Assembly (NCBI GenBank): GCA_039914625.1
Contig: JBDSOU010000158.1
Location: forward strand, 1 to 50,626
From: Bacteroidia bacterium
GTDB taxonomy: Bacteria; Bacteroidota; Bacteroidia; AKYH767-A; OLB10
Length of the DNA: 50,626 nucleotides
Direction: 5' to 3'
Positions within the stretch are counted from its first letter, which is position 1, and each line of letters starts with the position of its first letter. Below, in pieces: positions 17,187 to 25,079 of the stretch. The position numbers and the translations under genes are program-made. Below the pieces are notes generated by a model. It made no database searches and was not told the DNA's origin. It worked only from the letters and a program-made list of their open reading frames with translations.

Positions 17187-17438
17187 ACCGCTAACCGGTT
17201 AGCCGCCTTAGCTATTCGGTTAGCGGTGTCAGCTATTCGGTTAGCGGCTTCAGCGGGTTGGTTAGCAGGGTCTGCTAAATGGTTATCAGTATCTGCTATA
17301 TAGTTGGCCATTTCAGCTAATTGGTTGCGGGCATCAGCAATTCAGAAATTTATCATTGCTGGTCAAAAGTTAATCATTGCTGGTTGGTTGCCTGTTTCAG
17401 CTATTAAGTTGCCGCAATCAGCAATATGGTTACCGGTA
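17187..17438. repeat. 12 in-phase copies of a 21-bp tandem repeat (consensus about TCAGCTAWWYGGTTAGCGGNN)
   Basis: Units start at 17187, 17208, 17229, 17250, 17271, 17292, 17313, 17334, 17355, 17376, 17397 and 17418, with no indel over 252 bp. Unit 1 contains the perfect palindrome GCTAACCGGTTAGC. A 13th degenerate, out-of-phase unit lies around 17163-17186. The array ends 90 bp before the ATG at 17528. Confidence 0.9.
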
Positions 17439-17527
17439 TAAAAACATCCTGTTTTGACTTTGTAAATACATTTATTATAAAAAACACATTAAATAAATCA
17501 AATATTAATCTTTAAAAATTTAACAAC

Positions 17528-18451
17528 ATGCCAGAACCGATAAAAAGAGCATTCCACATTTCTGATCCTGAAATGATAGGGGATGCACGAGTTAAACATG
17601 CCGCTTTTTTAGAAGACAAAGCGGATTTTGTGGTTTATGATGCTGACTTTGATGATCCATTTTCAGATAATTTTCTCGCTGACATTGACGCAGCCGAAGT
17701 TACCGAAGATGATGAAACCATACTGGACCAGCAGCAACAGCTTACTGTGAAAGTAGAAAAGGAAATGGATAAATGCCGCGACAAGTTCCAGGACAGCAAG
17801 CCCTTTATCATCAAAGCATTTCCGGATGATACCGAAATTCAAAATGAATTCGGATTTAATGATTATAAGAAAGCACAAAGCAACCAGGGAGTTTTCACCA
17901 AATTCATGCTCAAGTTTCACGGTGTTGCTACCAAGTACAATACAGAACTGATTGCCAAAAATTATTTACAGCCCAAAATTGATGAAATATTAACACTCTA
18001 TACCAAGTTGCGCGATGCCGATGTGGCGCAGGAATTATTTATTAAAAACCGTCCTGTAAAAACTAAAGAACGCATAGTGAAATATAATAAAGCATGGAAC
18101 GGTGAACAACTGATATGCGCAGCCGGCAAACGGATTTATAAAGATGATTATGCTAAATACCAGCGCTACCTGCTTCCGCCCGGTGAAGAATCGCCCGAAG
18201 CGCTTTCTATAAAAGGCACAATTACCAATTCGGTTTCTAATGCTCCTGAAGAGGATGTAAATGTACAGATAGAAGCTAACGGGATTTTAGTTTTAAGCAA
18301 CGGCCTGGGACTTTACGGCATTGGCGGGCTTCCGGCAGGAACCTACTCACTCAGGTTTATAAAAACCGGGTTGCAGGATAAATTAATGGATGCCGTGGTG
18401 GTAACGGATGGCGAAGTAACCACGTTAAATGTGGTGATGGATCCTGTGTGA
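17528..18451 (+). CDS. hypothetical protein: acidic helical N-terminal region plus C-terminal carboxypeptidase-regulatory-like beta-sandwich
   Basis: ATG start and no signal peptide. The C-terminal ~85 aa (IKGTITNS...DVNVQIEANG...GLPAGTYSLRFIKTGLQDKLMDAVVVTDGEVTTLNVVM) fit the CarboxypepD_reg pattern. An intrinsic terminator follows. Confidence 0.6.
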   Translation: MPEPIKRAFHISDPEMIGDARVKHAAFLEDKADFVVYDADFDDPFSDNFLADIDAAEVTEDDETILDQQQQLTVKVEKEMDKCRDKFQDSKPFIIKAFPDDTEIQNEFGFNDYKKAQSNQGVFTKFMLKFHGVATKYNTELIAKNYLQPKIDEILTLYTKLRDADVAQELFIKNRPVKTKERIVKYNKAWNGEQLICAAGKRIYKDDYAKYQRYLLPPGEESPEALSIKGTITNSVSNAPEEDVNVQIEANGILVLSNGLGLYGIGGLPAGTYSLRFIKTGLQDKLMDAVVVTDGEVTTLNVVMDPV

Positions 18452-18454
18452 TGA

Positions 18455-18535
18455 GGGGATTGGGTAATTGGGATAATTGGGTAATTGGGATAATTAAGGT
18501 AATTGGGTAATTGGGGTAATTAAGGTAATTGGGAA
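18455..18535. repeat. GGTAATT-based 8-9-nt tandem array (about 9 units)
   Basis: gggattgggtaattgggataattgggtaattgggataattaaggtaattgggtaattggggtaattaaggtaattggg. It has the same core as the heptamer tract inside prmC (5513-5540). Confidence 0.85.
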
Positions 18536-18536
18536 A

Positions 18537-18567
18537 ACCGTTCCGGTAAATGGGGACGGTTTTTTTT
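18537..18567 (+). terminator. rho-independent terminator
   Basis: An 8-bp stem ACCGTTCC / GGGACGGT (one G-U pair) with an 8-nt loop, followed by T8. Confidence 0.7.
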
Positions 18568-18594
18568 ATTTACTTTTGATTAAAAATAATTACA

Positions 18595-18789
18595 ATGGAA
18601 TTTGAGCACATCACATCTGACAGCAACATACTTGGCGGCAAGCCATGCATTACCGGAACTCGCATAAGCGTGGATATGATTTTGGAATGGATAGCATCAG
18701 GAGCTTCTATTGCCGATGTGGTAAAAAATTATCCGTCCCTTTCAGAAGAAGCCGTAAAGGAAGCGGTGCTTTATGCATCAACTATTTAA
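18595..18789 (+). CDS. DUF433-family protein (antitoxin-like HTH)
   Basis: ILGGKPCITGTRISVDMILEWIASGASIADVVKNYPSLSEEAVKEAVLYA matches the DUF433 signature (GkP.I.GTRI.V..IL......G.S.eeI...YP.Ls.e.i..Al.YA). Confidence 0.75.
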   Translation: MEFEHITSDSNILGGKPCITGTRISVDMILEWIASGASIADVVKNYPSLSEEAVKEAVLYASTI

Positions 18790-18880
18790 CCAGGACATTT
18801 CTCTTTTACCGCCATTTATAATTATTGTCGAGAATAGTGGCGGTGAAATAAAAATACGCATCCGGAATAATTTGTTCTGA
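18788..18880 (+). pseudogene. probable remnant (last ~30 codons) of a DUF5615/PIN-like toxin partner of DUF433
   Basis: The frame overlapping the DUF433 stop reads NQDISLLPPFIIIVENSGGEIKIRIRNNLF*. The '...IVVE....IRIR...' ending is what I recall for DUF5615 C-termini. No start codon and no N-terminal part is present. Confidence 0.35.
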
Positions 18881-18904
18881 AAACATTTAGTAAAAACTCT
18901 TGAG

Positions 18905-20485
18905 ATGAAAACATTTTATAAGATTATTTTAATGTTCAATGTGCACTATTCAATTTTCAATGTTCCATGTTTTTCTCAAACTGCTCCGGGGATTGAGTGG
19001 GCAAAATGTTACGGAGGTTCTGATGATGATGGGGCATATTCTATTGATCAAACAACTGATGGAGGTTATGTAGTAACCGGCCGTTCAAATTCCACTAACG
19101 GAGATATAACAATCCATTATGGTTCCACTGATTATTGGGTGGCAAAAATTGATAGTGCAGGAACTATACAATGGCAGAAATCATTAGGCGGAACCGATAC
19201 TGACATAGGAAATTCCATTCAGCAAACAACTGATGGGGGTTTTGTAGCAGCAGGAATTTCATTTTCGAATGACAGTAATGTAACGGGCAATCATGGTGGC
19301 GCTGATTACTGGGTGGTAAAGCTCGACAGTGCGGGCAGCATTCAATGGCAAAAAAGTCTTGGCGGTACAGGCTGGGATGGTGCCACATCTGTTTTGCAAG
19401 CTGATGACGGAAGCTATGTGGTTGCAGGCTTGTCAACATCCAATGATGGTGATGTAACCGGCAATCATGGCGGCTATGATTACTGGGTTGTAAAACTTGA
19501 TAGCAGTGGCAACCTTCTATGGCAAAAATGTTTTGGAGGAACAGCAGATGATGGTGCTGAATTTATTAAACAAACCAATGACGGAGGATATATGGTAGTT
19601 GGTGAGTCAAATTCCAATGATGGAGATGTAACAGGTAATCATGGCAACTTTGATTACTGGGTTGTAAAAATTGATTCGGCCGGAACTATTCAATGGCAAA
19701 AATCATCAGGAGGTACAAATCTTGATTATGCATATTCCTTTTGCCAGTCAGCTGACGGAAGCTATATGGTATTCGGTAATACATTTTCAAATGACAGTGA
19801 TGTAACAGGCAATCATGGCGGTTCTGATTACTGGGTAATTAAGCTTGATAGTTCAGGTAGTTTTCAATGGCAGAAATGCTTTGGCGGAACTGGTAACGAG
19901 AGGGCACAATCTATTGTGCAAACAACGGATGGCAGGTATGTGCTTGCCGGTTTTTCAAATTCCAATAACGGAGATGTAACAATCAGTTATGGCAACGGAG
20001 ATTTCTGGATAGTAAAGATAGACAGTTCCGGAACTATACACTGGCAGAAATCATTAGGAGGAACAAATACAGATTGGGCATATTCCATTCAGCATACTAC
20101 AGATGGCGCTTATGTGATTGCCGGTAATTCATATTCCATAGACAACGATGTATCAGGAAACCATGGTAACGGAGATTATTGGGTTGTTAAACTCAGACCG
20201 GAGGAGGGAACCGGCATTCCCAATTTTCAATATTCAATCACGAATCTTCAAATTTCCCCCAACCCCGCAAAAGAGTTTACAGTTATCAATTACCAATTTA
20301 TAAAAGGAGATGAAATACGAATTATCGATGTGTTAGGTGAAACAATTTTTGCAAAAATCTTTTCATCTCCAACTTTAAACTTTAAACTTCAAACCTTAAA
20401 CTATCCTGCGGGAGTTTATTTGTTTAATCTTGCTAATGAAAAAACACGAGAGAGGGTGAATGGGAAAATTGTGGTTAGCAATTAA
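18905..20485 (+). CDS. T9SS-sorted secreted protein built from ~7 tandem 47-48-aa repeats
   Basis: The repeated block is GG..xD.xxS..QTxDGGYV.xGxSxSNDGDVTGNHGxxDYWVVKLDSxGxxQWQK. The C-terminus LQISPNPAKEFTVINY...LNYPAGVYLFNL...GKIVV fits the type-A CTD. Confidence 0.8.
   Translation: MKTFYKIILMFNVHYSIFNVPCFSQTAPGIEWAKCYGGSDDDGAYSIDQTTDGGYVVTGRSNSTNGDITIHYGSTDYWVAKIDSAGTIQWQKSLGGTDTDIGNSIQQTTDGGFVAAGISFSNDSNVTGNHGGADYWVVKLDSAGSIQWQKSLGGTGWDGATSVLQADDGSYVVAGLSTSNDGDVTGNHGGYDYWVVKLDSSGNLLWQKCFGGTADDGAEFIKQTNDGGYMVVGESNSNDGDVTGNHGNFDYWVVKIDSAGTIQWQKSSGGTNLDYAYSFCQSADGSYMVFGNTFSNDSDVTGNHGGSDYWVIKLDSSGSFQWQKCFGGTGNERAQSIVQTTDGRYVLAGFSNSNNGDVTISYGNGDFWIVKIDSSGTIHWQKSLGGTNTDWAYSIQHTTDGAYVIAGNSYSIDNDVSGNHGNGDYWVVKLRPEEGTGIPNFQYSITNLQISPNPAKEFTVINYQFIKGDEIRIIDVLGETIFAKIFSSPTLNFKLQTLNYPAGVYLFNLANEKTRERVNGKIVVSN
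20371..20401. repeat. (AAACTTT)-type heptamer tract embedded in frame in the CTD coding region
   Basis: aactttaaactttaaacttcaaaccttaaac encodes ..TLNFKLQTLN... The 18-mer CAACTTTAAACTTTAAAC is identical to the intergenic tract at 28630-28647. Confidence 0.75.
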
Positions 20486-20629
20486 AGAAAAGCGGTTAAT
20501 CAGATCTAAACCTTAAACTCAAGACACTGCCTGTTCAAAAGTATAGCGTAAAACCCCGGTCTTTTTTTAAAATAATTTGCAATTTTTGCAGATGACCTAT
20601 ATTTGCTCCGCAAGAAAAAAGAAAAAAAA

Positions 20630-21688
20630 ATGAAAAAATATTTTTGTGTAAAATTTATTTTTCTCCTGCTGATTTCAGCATCAAGTCATTTTGCAAATGC
20701 GCAGCATCAAGATTCGACAGGTTCCGAACCAGCAAGCCTTGTAAAATGGATGACACTAAAGGAAGCGCAGGAGCAGAATAAAAAAACTCCCAAGCCTTTC
20801 CTGATAGATTTTTACACAGGCTGGTGCGGCTGGTGCAAGCACATGATGCGCACCACTTATTCCACTTCTGATATTGCCAATTATATTAATACCTGGTTCT
20901 ATCCCGTAAAATTTGATGCTGAAACTAAGGATACAGTTTATTACAGGGACACAGCTTATGTAAATAAAGGAACCGGTCCCAGGGCTACCCATGATCTTAC
21001 ACTTAAGTTTTTAGGACATAATATTTCCTATCCTTCCACAGTTTTTATTACTAATAATTTTCAATATACACTGAACTCATCAGGATATTTGGAAGTAAAA
21101 ACTATTGAACCGATTTTAATTTATATAGTGGAAAATATTTTTAAAACAGCACAGTATGAGGATTTTAAGAAAAATTTTCAAAAAGCTTTTTATGATTCAT
21201 CTGCTGTAGAGAATAAAGTATTGAAGTGGCATACTTTCAATGAAGCGCTTGCTTTAAGTAAAACAACTCCTAAAAAACTTCTGGCTTTCGTTCATACTGA
21301 CTGGTGTAATGGCTGCCGGGTAATGTATAAAACTACATTTGCAGATACAGCTATTTCAAATTATGTGAATAAAAATTTTTACCTTATTGATTTCAATGCC
21401 GAATCAACTGATACCATTTTATATAGCGGAAATACTTTTAATAATAACCACGCTAACGGATTGCCATTTCATCAATTGGCAGTTGCACTTTCAGGGAATT
21501 CGCTTTCATTCCCCACTACTGTTTTTATTGATGAAAATTACAAGACTTTAGATGCGATCCCTCATTACCTTGCGCCCGAAACAGTAGAAACAATAGCTCA
21601 TTTTTACGGAGAGGAAGCCTACAAGAACTCTAAATGGGAAGATTTTATAAAAAAATTCCAGGAAGAAAGGAAGAAAGCTGTTAAATAA
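20630..21688 (+). CDS. secreted protein with two tandem thioredoxin-fold (DUF255/thioredoxin-like) modules
   Basis: Signal peptide MKKYFCVKFIFLLLISASSHFANA. Two paralogous halves each have a CxxC: FYTGWCGWCKHM and VHTDWCNGCRVM. I prefer the ATG at 20630 over the listed TTG at 20603. Confidence 0.75.
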   Translation: MKKYFCVKFIFLLLISASSHFANAQHQDSTGSEPASLVKWMTLKEAQEQNKKTPKPFLIDFYTGWCGWCKHMMRTTYSTSDIANYINTWFYPVKFDAETKDTVYYRDTAYVNKGTGPRATHDLTLKFLGHNISYPSTVFITNNFQYTLNSSGYLEVKTIEPILIYIVENIFKTAQYEDFKKNFQKAFYDSSAVENKVLKWHTFNEALALSKTTPKKLLAFVHTDWCNGCRVMYKTTFADTAISNYVNKNFYLIDFNAESTDTILYSGNTFNNNHANGLPFHQLAVALSGNSLSFPTTVFIDENYKTLDAIPHYLAPETVETIAHFYGEEAYKNSKWEDFIKKFQEERKKAVK

Positions 21689-21887
21689 CATTATTTGTTT
21701 TATTAGCAATTTCAGATTGATAATTTGTTTGGAATAATTAAGCGACAGTTATGGAAACGATCTGTTATTTATTCACATTCTTTCTGAGACTTTATAAGAT
21801 GTTGAATTTACTTTGAAAAGCGGCACTTCATCAAATATTTGACAGTGTGGATGTAACAGAAAAATCAATACTTACGTACAAAAAGTC

Positions 21888-21958
21888 GGTCGTGTGGCTG
21901 AGTGGTCAGGCAAAGATCCGCAAGATCTTCCACAGTAGTTCGAATCTACTCCCGACCT
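21888..21958 (+). tRNA. tRNA-Cys(GCA), atypical
   Basis: GGTCGTG TG GCT GAGTGGTCA GGC A AAGAT CCGCAAG ATCTT CCAC AGTAG TTCGAAT CTACT CCCGACC T. The GCA anticodon and the U73 discriminator (the CysRS identity element) are present. Position 33 is C instead of U, and acceptor pair 6-67 is a U-C mismatch. Confidence 0.65.
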
Positions 21959-22169
21959 CAAAAGTTTTTTTTATTTCAGGAATTTTTTGATATTAATTCT
22001 TGTAATCCTTTCCCAGCAGTCATTTCCGGATGAATTGTTTTTTTTTAAAATTTGGAATTTATTAAAACATTTTCTAATTTGGCGGTTTAAAATATGAAGA
22101 TTATGACCTTATTCTTATTTTGAAAATTTTATTACCCCATTTTTAAACTAAAATAACTCTTATATTTTT

Positions 22170-22385
22170 ATGCCTGAATTACTTTGTAAAATTTTAGGTC
22201 ATACCTGGCATTATAAAGACTATACCAATGCCATGCAGCCGGATGGAACTCCATATACGTACACTGAATCGAAAAGGTGTTTCCGGTGTAATTTAAAATT
22301 AGTCCAGTTGTATGATGGAGAATGGGAGCAACCGCCACTGGAAAAGAAATCCAAAAAAATTCCAGAAGAAAATAGTTTCAGGTAA
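22170..22385 (+). CDS. small hypothetical protein with Cys/His zinc-ribbon-like spacing
   Basis: LCKILGHTWHY...CFRCNLK gives a C-x4-H ... C-x2-C arrangement, with an ATG start. The overlapping antisense ORF 22220..22483 looks less protein-like. Confidence 0.4.
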   Translation: MPELLCKILGHTWHYKDYTNAMQPDGTPYTYTESKRCFRCNLKLVQLYDGEWEQPPLEKKSKKIPEENSFR

Positions 22386-22591
22386 TTGTCATGAACCAAA
22401 TTTTTTTGATCCAATGGTAATAGTTTTTTTTCTTTTCTTACGACCGTTCTAAAAGTTAAAATATTCAGTTCATAGTTTTTCAATCATTTGTCACTGAAGA
22501 AGTGAAAAGTCATTGTTTTGTAAAAATTGCTTTTTGTAAAATTTTATGAAATTCCTCTGCGTTATGCATCAAACTTTAAAATCTAAACACT

Positions 22592-23407
22592 ATGCAAAGA
22601 GAATTCATTTTTACGGACAAATGGTTAGACCTTGTGTTCGAAAACCGCAATCAATCTTATGGTGCTTATGTATTGCGCAAACGTTTACCCGGTAATATCC
22701 TTGTCGGATATTTAACAGCTCTTATTTTTACAGCCACAATTGTTTTTACAGGATACCAGTTAAGTAAAATTTCGGGACTGGATATTAAAATTTTAAATAC
22801 CGATACTTATAAACTTACGACCTACGAGGCAGTTCCATTGCCAATTGAAGAACCTCCGTTACAAAAAGAGGAACATAAAAACCCACCGCCACCACCATCA
22901 ATGGAAAAATTGATTCCTGTTGTTATGGACAGTGCAATTGTTATTGACGAGAAAGAAAAAGATTCAGAAACGAAGGATATTAATGATTCAAAAGATGTTG
23001 CTGACCTTAATGTTACTGCAAGCAACAACAAGACAAATGGGACAGAAAAAACAGATATTAAAGAACCAACCAGGCCATTATCAATTGCAGGAGTGGAGAA
23101 AATACCGCAGTTCCCCGGTGGCGATTTGTCGCTGCAGAAATTTATGCGTAACAACACCAACTATCCTCATCGATATCTCCGCGATGATATTTCGGGTACG
23201 GTTTATATTTCTTTTGTGGTTGATTCTTCAGGAAAAGTTACTGAAATAAAACTTGCTCATGGTATAGGTGGATTTCCTGAATTTGCTGATGAAGCAATAG
23301 AAGCAATTTCAAAAATGCCGCGATGGATTCCCGGTCAGCAAAATGGAACGCATGTGCCGGTTCTATTAACACTTCCAGTTAAATTTTCATTAAAAAAAGA
23401 TTTTTAA
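22592..23407 (+). CDS. energy transducer TonB family protein
   Basis: The N-terminus NRNQSYGAYVLRKRL is followed by a TM, then a Pro-rich spacer (EEPPLQKEEHKNPPPPPS). The C-terminal TonB domain has PQFPGGDLSLQKFMRNNTNYP...GTVYISFVVDSSGKV...PRWIPGQQNG. Confidence 0.85.
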   Translation: MQREFIFTDKWLDLVFENRNQSYGAYVLRKRLPGNILVGYLTALIFTATIVFTGYQLSKISGLDIKILNTDTYKLTTYEAVPLPIEEPPLQKEEHKNPPPPPSMEKLIPVVMDSAIVIDEKEKDSETKDINDSKDVADLNVTASNNKTNGTEKTDIKEPTRPLSIAGVEKIPQFPGGDLSLQKFMRNNTNYPHRYLRDDISGTVYISFVVDSSGKVTEIKLAHGIGGFPEFADEAIEAISKMPRWIPGQQNGTHVPVLLTLPVKFSLKKDF

Positions 23408-23475
23408 AATACGGGTTAGTTTTAGTTTTATCCGGATTTTTTTTATAGCTCCGGATTTTTTTTGAAAGGCAATCT

Positions 23476-24873
23476 TTAATGCAATGCCTTCATCACTTTT
23501 ATTCTTTCTGTACCGCTATCACGCTTTACACAAAGAAAATAGATTCCAGTTGGCAATGATGAACCAAAATAAAAAGTTTTTTGATCAATAGCAATAGGAA
23601 ATGTACCAATGCATTTTCCGAGAGCATCATATATATTAATTTCTGAAGCAGGATTTTTTGCAGAAAAATTAATTACAAAATTATTTTCAAACGGATTCGG
23701 GAAAGCAATCACTGTACTCCCTGAGTTTAGTTCATCTACACTATTTGCAATGCAGAAAATTTCTGATCTGAAATCGGATTGTACAAAGGCGGGCAATCCT
23801 AAAGCAGAAGTAATTCCCATAAAGTTAGGATCAAGGTCAATGCCGTTATCAATATAATTGCATCCAGTTCCCTGGACTAACGGGCTACTAATTACACCTA
23901 AAAACTGACTGAACGATCTGCATGCATAAATTTTTCCATCGGAGGCCATTTGCAGGGCGTAAATATCAGGGGTAAAGCTCAAAATTGTTTTTGAAGCAAT
24001 TATTGCAGCAGTATTTCCTGCTGCTAAATCAAATTGAACCAACGTGCCTGAAGGATCATAAGTGCTCGCATAAAGTAAATGCCCGTCACCGGAAAGTTCC
24101 ATCCCATAAACATGAGCGTATAAGGGGAGAGCTATTGCATTTGAAACAACGCCTGATGTAGTATTAAAATCTAAAATTTGTATCGTATCCAAATATCCGG
24201 CAGCTAAAGCTAATTTATCACCGCAGGATGAAAATTTCATCTGTCCGTATGTATTTTGATTTACAGTGAGTGAATGAACTATTCCTGCATAGCTAATGAC
24301 AGGAGTTGTTTGAAATCCTGTTGATGTAAGGCTATAAACATAAAATGCATCGGAGCCCCATTCATGAATTGCCACCCAGTAATCAACTCCGTTTGCATTT
24401 TTAACAGCAGTTAATTTTTCTGTAACATTGTTTAAAACAAGAACATTTTTAGAAGTAATATCCCCATTACCTGCCTGCAGATTCATATCCACAATTGAAT
24501 AACGAAACCCATTAGATCCTCCGAATTCATCGGTTGTAAAAATGTAATAAAAATTAGCGCTTCCGGGTTGAGGAACAATTAGAGCAGCCTGGGTGGATGA
24601 TGATCCTCCGAGTAAACCGACTCCATTTGGCATCACCTGGTGATTTTTATTCCAAACTGAAATGCCATCTGTATAAAAAAGAAGACTGCCGGAAATGTCA
24701 GAAATAGATGCGCATCCTTCGTTGGTAACTAAAGTAGTTGAAGAAATTGCAACCGGGCTTCCGCTAGTAAAATCAAGTCCGGCATGTACACCAAAATACC
24801 AATTGGCAGTCTCCTGCTGTGAAAAAGTGGTGGTGCTGATGAAGATAAATGCGATAAGGAATTTTTTTCTCAT
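23476..24873 (-). CDS. T9SS C-terminal-domain secreted beta-propeller-like protein
   Basis: Signal peptide MRKKFLIAFIFISTTTFSQ. The C-terminus VIAFPNPFENNFVINF...LPTGIYFLCVKRDSGTERIKVMK fits the type-A CTD. Confidence 0.75.
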   Translation of the reverse strand: MRKKFLIAFIFISTTTFSQQETANWYFGVHAGLDFTSGSPVAISSTTLVTNEGCASISDISGSLLFYTDGISVWNKNHQVMPNGVGLLGGSSSTQAALIVPQPGSANFYYIFTTDEFGGSNGFRYSIVDMNLQAGNGDITSKNVLVLNNVTEKLTAVKNANGVDYWVAIHEWGSDAFYVYSLTSTGFQTTPVISYAGIVHSLTVNQNTYGQMKFSSCGDKLALAAGYLDTIQILDFNTTSGVVSNAIALPLYAHVYGMELSGDGHLLYASTYDPSGTLVQFDLAAGNTAAIIASKTILSFTPDIYALQMASDGKIYACRSFSQFLGVISSPLVQGTGCNYIDNGIDLDPNFMGITSALGLPAFVQSDFRSEIFCIANSVDELNSGSTVIAFPNPFENNFVINFSAKNPASEINIYDALGKCIGTFPIAIDQKTFYFGSSLPTGIYFLCVKRDSGTERIKVMKALH

Positions 24874-25079
24874 AAGCTGTTTTTTTTATTTTTTTGTTAT
24901 ATACTCCGTACCTAATTTAATTCATAAATTGAAGAATTTGTTTTTAAAGGTTCATATTTTCTTCTTTCAAATATAATAAAAAAAATGATTAAAATTTTAT
25001 TTCGGTTGTTTTTCGGATTTATAAACAACATTTATTTGAATAATTCCAATACCACTTTTTCCTTTTTTACTTTTGCCGC

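Noticed and set aside
17187-17438. Could the 21-bp tandem array be a CRISPR array?
   Set aside because: The units are directly adjacent with no spacers, they are degenerate rather than near-identical, they are only 21 bp long, and no cas genes are in the window.
17187-17438. Could the array encode a heptad-repeat protein? (21 nt = 7 codons; one frame reads SAIRLAV SAIRLAA SAGWLAG SAKWLSV ...)
   Set aside because: That frame has an in-frame TAG in unit 6 (17301-17303) and a TGA just upstream (about 17175). No start codon is present. By composition, three of the six frames of the consensus unit are stop-free, so openness is not informative. I keep this only as an alternative origin, i.e. a decayed gene.
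22220-22483. Minus-strand 87-aa ORF overlapping the small plus-strand zinc-ribbon-like ORF
   Set aside because: It has no motif, signal or partner context. The plus-strand ORF has a conserved-looking Cys/His arrangement, so only that one is reported, and at low confidence.
21689-22591. Genomic island or prophage integrated at the tRNA-Cys gene
   Set aside because: No integrase, no direct repeat of the tRNA 3' end and no phage-like genes follow. Only a small zinc-ribbon-like ORF and ordinary envelope genes are present.
23428-23464. Two direct copies of TCCGGA followed by T8-9 between convergent genes, considered as terminators
   Set aside because: The only self-complementarity is the 6-8-bp palindrome ATCCGGAT itself, with no loop. 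It is too weak to call as an intrinsic terminator, though it may still help termination in AT-rich DNA.
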